From positions 24,880,871 through 24,944,870 of the forward strand of contig NC_092676.1 in assembly GCF_964355755.1 (NCBI RefSeq): a stretch of DNA of 64,000 bases. Reading direction: 5' to 3'. This DNA comes from Antedon mediterranea. Taxonomy: Eukaryota; Animalia; Echinodermata. Position 1 is the stretch's first letter; every line of letters starts with the position of its first letter. Of the stretch, positions 54,334 to 64,000 are shown in pieces. The notes beneath the pieces were generated by a model. The model ran no database searches. It saw only the letters and a program-made list of their open reading frames with translations, and was not told where the DNA came from. The translations under genes were made by a program, and so were the position numbers.

Positions 54334-55969
54334 TTAGACAGTTGAATTCAATGTTTCCTCTTTCCGATCCGGCCTTTCTTTCTTCTCCAAGCCTTTATCA
54401 GATCCAGGTTTGTCTGATTTCATCTTGAAATCATCTCCTGTTCTCCAATTACGATTGGTGTCTCTATCAATTAATAAATTGGCAACTTGTATTATTAGCA
54501 TTTGTTTCTAACACCGCGTAGTATCGTATCCGATAATAATATCAGAAACAAAACAAAAATGTGCTCACTACATGCAAAGCTTTCCATTTACATTTGAGCC
54601 TTACCTTGTAACAAGTTCTGCTTCTTCTATGGTCTGAGGTAGCGGGTAATTCAACGTTTCTGGTAAAAGTAGAACCAGTAATCCTGCGGACATTGACGTG
54701 AAACTAAACGCAACCAACGGCAACGGTTTCCAAAGTTTTTCAAGAAAAAGAATTTGCGGAGCAAGAACTCCAGCGAAACGTGCCATGAATGAACAGATTC
54801 CCAGTCCAATGGTTCTAGATAAATGTAATAAACATTAATATAAAAAACGCTTTAAAGTACAAAAAAATGAGAGCAGTAGGTGTAATATGTAAAATTAAAC
54901 TTACCTAACATCTGTTGAGAAAATCTCGGCTGTAATTACATATGCTATGATAAATGTCCCAGTCACAAAAAATCGTCCTGTCAGTGAAATAGCTGTCCGT
55001 ATGCCTGCATAACTAGAAGCTAATGGATAAAATAAACAACGTTATTGTGGTAACAAAAGTTTATATTTATATACTTAAGTTTGCATGTTTTATAAACTTT
55101 CTGTATTTTCATTCTTTAAAAAAACATTTTACAAAATCTATAGAAAAGTATCGAATCATGCGTTTCAAACACAACTAGTTCTACTTACGTATCCAAATGT
55201 TAATGAATGACATAGTACCGGTGATTATCAAACATGCGACTAACATGCTGCGTCTTCCAAACCTTTGAATACTAAAGGCAGTAGTGAATGTGGCAAAAAA
55301 CTCTAATACGCCCATGACACAGATTCCAACGTATACATTGACATCAAGACCTTCGACGCCGTACGTCAAACCGTAGTAGACAAGGCATGCAGTAAACCTA
55401 AATACAATACAAAGAAATACTAACAGTTTTAGGCTAAAAGTTTAAATTTGAAATACAGAAAATTGACCATAAATTATCTTTGCCCAATATAAAGAATCGT
55501 GCGGCTTAAGTCTTCTGTTCCTTGTTTGTAAGAAGCGGGATGTTTTGCATCGGTAGGAGAATAGGTACACGTGGATTGTATATAAAACCATTACTGTTTA
55601 TTAAGCTGCTTAGTACAAGTGAGGTAATCACCAAAATAATAAGTGTGTGCTGTCTTACCAACAGTAAATGAGAATGAGTGTTTTCCTTCTCATGTTTGAG
55701 TAGCGGAAGATGTTGAGAGTAGACGCAAAGGTTGATGGTCGTTGTTTAGTTGGTTCCTGGTGATAACATACAATATCAAAACATAATCAATGAATCATAA
55801 CACGGAGTAAGAAAATGCAGTTTAAAACAATTTAAGTATAAAAGGTACTGTATAATATTAGCAGAAAACAGTGAACTTCCCTGATCAGCACAAAAACAAT
55901 AAGTTGGGCTGCTGATAGACTTAAAATCTTTTTATAATATAATATTTTTTTTAATATAATATTTTGTAC

Positions 55970-56048
<79 letters not shown>

Positions 56049-59000
56049 AATAACTGTATGAATTTAAACATTTTGTATGGGTCGAACCTCTTGTTACGAG
56101 AGTGTTCCTCCGTTTTAAAGGAGAGTAACCAATAAATATTATTATATTATTATTATTATCAATATTGTAGTAGAAATTTTATACAAAAACAACAATTTAG
56201 CTGGCAAGTGAAAATACATTTAAGTGTTACCGTTTTTAATTCAATGTGTTCAATAAAGTCATCAGGTAACTCTTTGTTGCTGAATTTAGCAATCTTCTGG
56301 AGAATATTCTTAGCTTCTTCCTGTCTGTTTTGCAAGAGCAGCCATCGAGGTGACTCTGGAATGAAGCTGTATAAAACAAGTTTTAATTTAATATTTTATG
56401 TTTGGAAACTGCATAAAAAGGCCTATGCATACGATACTATAATATTCATAGTATAATCAAATGCATAGGCTTGGATTACTTTTTTCATTCTAAGCATGCA
56501 AAATGATTAACTTACACTATTTGGAGAAGTTAGCCTACGTAGTGTCTGCATGACACTGCAGGATGAAATAATTACAAAGACTGTTATTTGATTCGCTTAG
56601 TTCGCCAACCTCAGCAAAATAGTGTGATTGTCATTCATGCATGTGTCTGGTTCAAATGGCAAGTGTGCGAACTGAAGTTTACTGTGTTGAATAGGATCAG
56701 GGAAGAGTTGCTAGGATTGATATTTAAAAACAAGCTTAGTCGTACTTTAAAAGGAGTAAACCCTACTTACAAGTACACCAATAGTAGTAGTCCAGGGCAA
56801 ATACTGACGACGAGGTACAAGGTTCTCCACGCTCTAATGAAATATGCCAGGAATGCCAGTATCAGAAATCCGACGCAGAAGTACACGTTGGCCATTGCTG
56901 ATATAAATGCGCGTTTTGATGGCGCTACGAACTCATTCACTGAAAGTTAGGAAAAACAAACAAACTCGTGAACAATATTATAGTTCTGCTTGGTAGGCCT
57001 AAATATAAAAAAGCTGAAAAAGGAGATGCTAAACTACAGTAAACTAATTGCACTGAATGCTCAGTAGGGAAAGATCGGAAAACACGATAGGAAAAAGTTA
57101 CTAGAGCAAACTATATAGGGAGCAAATAAAGTACACGTAAGTTACCGGATGCCAACGAAATAATTAAAACAGCACGTATTTACCGTAAACAAATACAGAG
57201 ATAAACAAGCCTATATTGAGACAACCATTTGCAACACGACACACGAAGTAAAACCAGTAAGATGGTGCTAAAGACATTGCAACACCAGTTAGAATTCGAA
57301 GAAGAATTGCCAAGATAATTCCTCGCTTTCTGCCAAAGCTATAATGTAATACAATAAATAGTCAACCATTAGATTACATACATTTGTATTGCAAAAACAA
57401 ACAAAGAAAAAGAAAAACAACGAACAAAAAAAAGGTTCATTGTACCGTGAGTTTGCTAAACAAATAGGTTTTTAATTGATTCTTAAAAAGAAAGGAATTC
57501 ATTCGAAAAAGAAGTTGCAACGAAAGAAAAAATGCGTCACCGTAAGTCGTAGTAGGGAAACATAACGGATAGCAATGGGTGTGTCAGAGAAACGATGGCA
57601 GAAAAAAATTGAATATCTCGATAGAGTGGGTAATATACGATGGATAGAACAAGCGAAACGTATTTTTTGATGATCTATTGATAAAATTTAAACATTTGTT
57701 TAAGGTGGCCATTTCCTCATATTAGTCTGGCTGCAATGTAAAAGTCAAGAAAATCATACAATGATTTTCTTCATACTACGGTATGTTAACTAGAGTAAAG
57801 CTTGTTTCCCACAAGCGACGCAACGTAACGCAACCTACGCAACGTAAGGAAATGCCCTTCCAATAATTGTGTTTGCCCCCACCTGCGTGTAATCAAACCT
57901 GTGATGTTTGCAGCACTGTTGCACCGTCGGTTCCCACTTGTGATTACGCAATACAACACTTTGCGTCGATACGTCGCTGCGTTGCGTTCATTCGCTTAAA
58001 GCTTGGTTCCCACTAGAACGTAACGCAAGGACGTAAACGCAACGCAAGCGTTTTAACCAATGACAAGCGAAGTTAGCATTCACAAGCGAATAAGCCATCG
58101 CTTGTGATTGGTCAATTCACTTGCGTTGCGTTACGTCCTTGCGTTGCGTCGCTAGTGGGAACCCAGCTTTAGGGAATGACTATTATACATACATACATTT
58201 ATTATTTTCTATTAATGGTCAACAATACAAAAGAAAAGGTAATATATATAATGAAACAATACAACAATAGGGCCTACCATTGATAGAGGATCGTGAAGGA
58301 ACATTCCTTGCCACGCAAGACCCATACTAAAGCGTGGTTCCCACTAAAACGCAACACCGTATCGACCCAAAGTGCTGTATTGCGAAATCGCAAGTGGGAA
58401 GCTACCGACGACGCAACAGTGCTGCAAACATCGCAGGTTTGATTTCACGCAGGCGGGGGGAAAACACAATTATTAGAAGGGCATTTTCTTTCGTTGCGTA
58501 GGTTGCGTTACGTTGCGTCGCTAGTGGGAACTAAGCTTAAGTATACTGCATACTATACAATCTGATTACTTACTAGTCACATATTGCTCCAAAAATGATC
58601 GATCCAAAAAAATAACCAAAGAGGAAAGATGAAGCTGCTAATGATACCTTGTAGCTATCTTCACAAACCAGATCGAACTGAAAAGAAAACAATTTATAGA
58701 CGAACTAGAGGGTACTCCAAGAGTACAAACCTCCGCCTACTGTAAAATTCCCCTACATAAAATGCCTCCTGAATATTTTTTTTTACATTTTTTTTATTAG
58801 TTCTAAGTGTAAATATGTTAACTGCACCCTACAAAGTTGTGGATGACAGTGTGGTGTAATGGTTATGTATCCAGCCTCTCACAGTTGAGATTGCTGGTTC
58901 AAGTTCCACTGAGGTTTTTTTTTTTTTATTATTTTTTTATTTCTTTTTGTTTTTGTTTTTTGTGGACCTTGATCTTTGACCCTGACCCTTCAAAATTTCA

Positions 59001-59221
59001 CCACAATTATATGATGTGTCATTGATCATTGTGGCTAAGTTTGGTGAGAATCGGATAAAAACTGTGGTCTCTAGGCAGTAAAATAGTTTTTTGTTAGTTG
59101 TGACCTTGACCTATGACCTTTTCCCCTCAAATTCGAACTCGTCCGAGCTTTTGGGGCATAGATCATTGTTGCCAAATTTGGTGAGAATCGGATAAAAACT
59201 GTGGCCTCCAGGCTGTTCACA

Positions 59222-59255
<34 letters not shown>

Positions 59256-59826
59256 AACACACACACAAACATACAGGGGTGAAAACATAACCTCCTTGGC
59301 GGAGGTAATAATAGTAAAACATATAAAGATCAAGTAGTTCCTAGTTTAAAATCAATTAATAATTATTATTAGGCCTATATTGCGTAAAGTCATGGTAAAT
59401 ACCATAATACAATAAAACAACTGTGTTGGTGTTATATCATTAACAACTATTTACCTCTGATACAATAGTTGATTCGTATTGAGATTGGTCATATGTCCAT
59501 CCATATTTACATTTTGTAATTTGCGTTTCGTTACTTCCGGCCAGATTCGTGTACATTCTGCACTTGGTTTCGTTAATGAAGGCTGTACTCTCATCATCTG
59601 GTGGTAACATCAGGTTGTCTAAACCGCATTCATACTCTGTTCCACTGCAACTTGTATTTTCTAAGATGTTTGGAACTTTACAGTAATGATCCATCTTGCC
59701 ATTTAGGAAGACAGTCCCAATATTTGATAACGTATTCGATATAACAACGCATAAAACTATGTTTGTAAGTATCTTATGGTAAAGACCATATTCTCCAATG
59801 TACTTAAACACATCATCGAATTTCAT
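54334..59826 (-). CDS. SLC22 family organic ion transporter, copy D, 10 exons
   Basis: Exons 59826-59455, 58677-58574, 57338-57184, 56939-56771, 56366-56231, 55756-55659, 55397-55189, 55019-54905, 54814-54605, 54463-54334; ends TLNSTV*. Confidence 0.92.
55973..56045. repeat. (TA)n microsatellite
   Basis: About 36 perfect TA units. Confidence 0.98.
57370..57720 (-). mobile_element. L2 LINE 3' relic (intron 2, copy D)
   Basis: Minus translation fragments TTYGDAF and FKNQLKTYLFSK resemble the L2 ORF2 terminus (YGDRxF...FKxxLKTxLF). Confidence 0.55.
57799..57999. mobile_element. Harbinger-like MITE (TIR AGCTTG(G/T)TTCCCAC), right end disrupted by a nested MITE
   Basis: Reverse complement of the element at 58331-58537. 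Confidence 0.75.
58000..58168. mobile_element. Harbinger-like MITE family 2, complete and palindromic
   Basis: AGCTTGGTTCCCACTAG ... CTAGTGGGAACCCAGCT with TAA/TTA flanks. Confidence 0.85.
58331..58537. mobile_element. Harbinger-like MITE, complete, TAA target duplication
   Basis: TAA-AGCGTGGTTCCCACTA ... TAGTGGGAACTAAGCT-TAA. Confidence 0.85.
58705..59310 (-). mobile_element. Helentron-associated non-autonomous element (HINE; DINE-1/pearl-like)
   Basis: Minus 5' TATTACCTCCGCCAAGGAGG; (GT)n microsatellite; ~137-bp internal repeats with AGGTCA motifs; inverted subTIR GGCGGAGG; 3' hairpin GTACTC-TTG-GAGTAC followed by CTAG-TT. Confidence 0.75.
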
Positions 59827-60574
59827 ACTTACTGTTTTAGTTGCAACTTTTACTTTAACAAAGCAATGCTTTAAAAAATTGCCTTGAACTGAGAGATTCG
59901 AACGACTGTGTCAATTAGTATCAATAGATATGATATACACGTATAAATGATAATTTTCACTTTAAATATTTATCACGTGAAGTTGGCAAAGGTTTGCTGG
60001 AACAACCATCCGTCATAAATTTAAGTTTAACGCAATTTTAAGATGGAAAGAGATTATGTATGTTATACTTCAAAACAACAATAAAAGATATCACTGTGAA
60101 TCAAATGTATATACTTAATTGAAATAGTATTCAAATGTATAATATAGGCTAATTCAAAAGAGGCCTACATTTATTAAAACGCTATGGCCTACATGCTTTC
60201 TTGTGAAAATAAATTGAAATTTAAATAAAGGTAAGGAGTGTCTTTAGGGGATAGTGTTTAATTTACTCATCAAGTACAAAGGAATAATCAAAATGCCTCT
60301 GTTTGTTTAGTAGATTTCACCTATTTTTTGTGTTAACTGATACTACTATAATGAACTATAATTACACTAGATATTATCTTTATCTATAACAATGTTTTTT
60401 ATTTTCACATAAACCACATATTTTAAGATCTGTGCTACGCATGACGAACGATTATAGTAAAGAATAAGTTGTCGTTATGTTAAATGAAATCAACCTCCGA
60501 TTAATTGTGACGCTACAAAAAATTTTCCATTAAAATATTGACCTAAAGCTATAAACGACCAGATGAGATGTACA

Positions 60575-60660
60575 AGGAACCGTTTACAATTAAATTTCAT
60601 GTGGCTAAGACCAACCGTTTCCAGAGCTCTTTCTTTCCCAATACCTTTCCATACTTCATA
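60575..60660 (+). mobile_element. Possible LINE ORF2 C-terminal relic
   Basis: AKTNRFQSSFFPNT resembles the CR1/L2-group RTxRFxxSFFP motif. Confidence 0.4.
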
Positions 60661-61068
60661 ATTGCGACCACTATTTCTGACCCTCTAATTTTGACTAATT
60701 CTCCCCTCTTCAACCTTCAATTACATAATCACCAACATAGCACACATCTTAAAGCTAATATGCACCCTAAAAGGGTGGTATTTATCAGAGGCATCAGGTT
60801 TTTTTTATTTTAATATGCATTTCTTTTTAAAGGAAAAGCATCTGTTGTTTTATCTTGTTACGATAATAATATTTAATATTTTATATATCTTGTTATGATA
60901 ATAATATTTAATATTTTACCATAAAATATTCTGCCATCAATAATTATTGTGATTAATATGATCACCAATCATAAATAGTTATAAGTTGTGTCCCGAGTAG
61001 AATTATTTTATCGACAAAATTTAAACATAATAGCACCAAAAACACCATTTCCATTTAGCGCCTACGTG

Positions 61069-63390
61069 TCACATAGTAGTCGTTTCGTCGATTTTCTGGT
61101 TCTCATTTGATTTTGACACCTCAATTCTATTCTTCCTTCTGTTCGTTGTTCTATAATTGAAAACAAAATGATACTTTTTTAAAGAAGTATCCATTCCACG
61201 ATGCTGTTCATGGGCAAATTCAAGATAAGTATTGGTAACTGATTGCGAACAATAATAGAACCAACAATTGAATAAAGTTAGTGTCAAAAAAAATACCTTA
61301 AACTTAGCTTACCTTGTCACAAGCTCAGCTTCTTCAACTGTCTGACAAAGTGGAAAATTCAAAGTCTCTGGTAATAGAAATGCTAACAATCCGGCAGACA
61401 CTGACGTCACGCTAAACGTCACAAGCGGCAAGGGATTCCACACAACTTTAAGATAAAGAATTTGAGGAGCAAGCATACCTGCCACTCGTGCCATCAATGA
61501 ACAAAGTCCAACACCAAAACTTCTACAATTATACAATAAAGGTCATACGTATCAGCAAAGTGTTGTGATTCATTTGGGCTACAAAATCACAATCAATACG
61601 TTTAATGACAGGGTGATGGTGATGACGATGATGATAATGATGATGATGTCAAAGGTTAAAGGAATCATTCTTACCGGACGTCTGTTGAGAATATTTCGCT
61701 AGTATATATGTATACCAAGTAAAATGTAGCAGTCACAAAGCATTGCCCTCCCAGGGATACTGCAGTTCGGATTCCTTCCATATCCGACGCTAGAAAAACG
61801 TGGACAGAATTTAGAATACATAAATACAGTAGAACCTGTGTTTTACGTACCCTGATTTTACGTTCCCTCGATTTTACGTACGCTTAAAATAACCGATGAC
61901 GTCATCATTTTCTTACATTGAGGGCGCAATTTAACAACAACAAAGCACACAAAGCCACAATCATGGCTGTGTGAGGAATTCTGCTGTGTGTGGGACAAGC
62001 TACGGACGTGCATTCCCCCTAAAGCAGACTGTTTTTAATATTGATAGAAAACAATTATATTTTACACTTTATTTAAACATCGCACAGCCTGTATATACTG
62101 TACTTTTCTAGTTAGGCCTCACATCTTGCTAGGCCTGCTAGCTTGGCCTGAATAGTGTCTAGGCAAGGCCTAGCTAGTGACCACCTCTGCATACTGTAGG
62201 CAAACACGGCTAGCTACGATCTCTACGTATTTGGGGTCAATTTAAGGTCAACCTTGATTTTACGAATCCTTTGTTTTACGTACGCCTTTCGGTCCCGTAC
62301 CGTACGTAAAATGGAGGTTCTACTGTACTTATATATGGTAATAGACCTAATGATTTTTGTATTAAACACAATTCAAAGAAATAAAAGGGCGAGTAGTGAA
62401 ATACTGTACGATTAATGATTGGTTCCCACTTGGACGACACAACGCGACTGAGTTGACCAATCACAAGCGACAGTTCGGATGATCTATCGCATTATGATTG
62501 GTCAAATTACTTGCGGTGCGTTACGGCCTTGTGTTGTGCCCAAGTGGAAATCCGGGTTACTTACGTATCCAGATATTGATAAAGCACATAATGCCCGCTG
62601 CATTAAGTAAGCCACCTAGCGTCAAACGTCTTCCAAACTTTTGAATAGAAAACAAAGCACAACAAACAGCCAGACCTTCAATTATCCCACTCAGAGCGAC
62701 TCCTAAATACACACTAATGTCAAGACTCTCAACACCGTAGAGGAAGCCGTAGTAAGCAAGACACACTGTACACCTATTTTATTTTATAAACAACAAAAAA
62801 AAAACACAAAAATTACATTTTAGAAATCCCCGTAGGCTTACATAGAAACATATAACACACCTAATATTCACATTAGGTGCGCTGTGTATTACATTTTAAT
62901 GTATATGACATGGAAAATGCCCACAACACGCACATAATTTGAATATCAGGTTTGTTGTGTAAGCACTGTTTATATACACCATACTGAAATACCGCAAGCA
63001 CATTATTTAAACAGTTCCAATTTTATAACAAGATGTCACAATTTATAATCGACACATTTCGGTTTAGTACCGTTTTTTATTACTTTATTAAGTACTTTGT
63101 TATCAACTAAAAACACCAGCAAATGGTAGAAACTCTATATAAATCAATCAAAATTGGTTTTTGTTGACATGTATCTTTTTTTTTTCTTGATATGCAAATA
63201 AACTGTATCGAGTCAATGTACCTTACCCATGGAGAAATAACTTATTTTAATTTACGCAATTCATTTTCTATTGTAAAAAAAAGTTACATTACCAACAGTA
63301 GATTAGAATCAATGATTTCTTTCTCATGTTTGGGTAACGAAAGATGTTAATGATCGCAGTCTTCCTTGACCACTCGCGTCGATGCAGATC
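61069..63390 (-). CDS. SLC22 family organic ion transporter, copy E (exons 6-10; 5' part lies beyond the window)
   Basis: Exons 63390-63293, 62773-62565, 61789-61675, 61522-61313, 61150-61069; IFRYPNMRKK, FGRR, EIFSTDVR, LPET; ends DETTTM*. More divergent than A-D. Confidence 0.88.
61827..62325. mobile_element. pogo/Tigger-like MITE with TA target duplication
   Basis: TA-CAGTAGAACCT ... AGGTTCTACTG-TA; subterminal TTTTACGTAC repeats at both ends. Confidence 0.85.
62419..62556. mobile_element. Harbinger-like MITE family 2, diverged
   Basis: TTGGTTCCCACTTGG..GACCAATCACAAGCGA..GATTGGTC..CAAGTGGAAATCC; abuts the exon 7 donor of copy E. Confidence 0.7.
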
Positions 63391-63570
63391 CTGTAAGAAA
63401 GGCCTATCGTCCGTTAAAATAATAACACTTCATCGGTTTCAGTGTAGTAAATGGATCAAAGTTCATCAAAATAATATAACCCAATGCAAACTTGCATCTT
63501 AAGGTTTCAGTCCAATGCGAGATTTTATTCAGTATTTAGAGGCCACCAGCCTCAAAATACAATAAGTGTA

Positions 63571-63706
63571 AAGGCCAACTCAGACAGCGTCGTACGACGA
63601 AGCGGGACGAAATGTCTTGAGATAGCGTCGGGCGTAGTTTTTAGGTCGTCGCGAGAACTTTAAACATGTTTAATTCCCTCGTCCGACGCAGTCACAGTTG
63701 GCCTTC
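63571..63706. mobile_element. MITE family 3 (TIR AAGGCCAACT / AGTTGGCCTT)
   Basis: Terminal IRs; related fragment at 37990-38074. Confidence 0.7.
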
Positions 63707-63707
63707 A

Positions 63708-63865
63708 AGCTTGGTTCCCATTGGTACGCAAAGCAAGGACGTAACGCAATGCAAAGTGGTTTGACCAATCTCAAGCAATTAATTATTCGAACAGTCGCGT
63801 GTGATTGGTCAACTCGCTTGCATTGCGTCTACGTTCCTGCCTTGCGTCCTAGTGGGAACCCAGCT
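63708..63865. mobile_element. Harbinger-like MITE family 2
   Basis: AGCTTGGTTCCCA ... TAGTGGGAACCCAGCT-TAA, directly adjacent to the family 3 element. Confidence 0.8.
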
Positions 63866-64000
63866 TAAGTTACCATGAACATTGGATAGGTTATATTATT
63901 ATTATATGCACATACAATACACTTGGAAAGTGGTACTATTGTGTTTTTTTCTGTGGATATAAATATTAACTTTAGGTAGAACATGAGAGTTTGAGATATG

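Noticed and set aside
36553-56950. Plus-strand ORFs overlapping SLC22 exons (e.g. 44521, 50410, 56588)
   Set aside because: Antisense shadows repeated only because the host exons are duplicated.

Overview
This is AT-rich eukaryotic DNA with GT-AG introns, probably from a marine invertebrate (inference from Deu-domain and CORE SINEs, Harbinger-like MITEs and a HINE-type element). I found no protein-coding exons in ~1-32 kb. That stretch holds MITEs, SINEs, a decayed hAT transposon, an ISL2EU-like element, LINE relics and minisatellites. At ~32.6-35.8 kb (minus) lies an uncharacterised multi-exon gene encoding a disordered protein with six 21-23 aa tandem repeats. From 36 kb to the end is a head-to-tail minus-strand array of 10-exon SLC22 (MFS organic ion transporter) paralogs: four complete copies (A-D), one partial copy (E) and an orphan pseudo-exon. 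The most notable observations are: copy C appears to be a B/D chimera made by unequal crossover; all copies have Arg in TM11 (OAT/OCTN-like) and class I PDZ-type tails; a hairpin-driven foldback plus tandem duplication at ~42 kb; a hAT element with a 5-bp target duplication; and a HINE carrying a tRNA-like Pol III cassette. I see no prokaryote-type novel system such as CRISPR. All exon coordinates were read by eye and need transcript confirmation.
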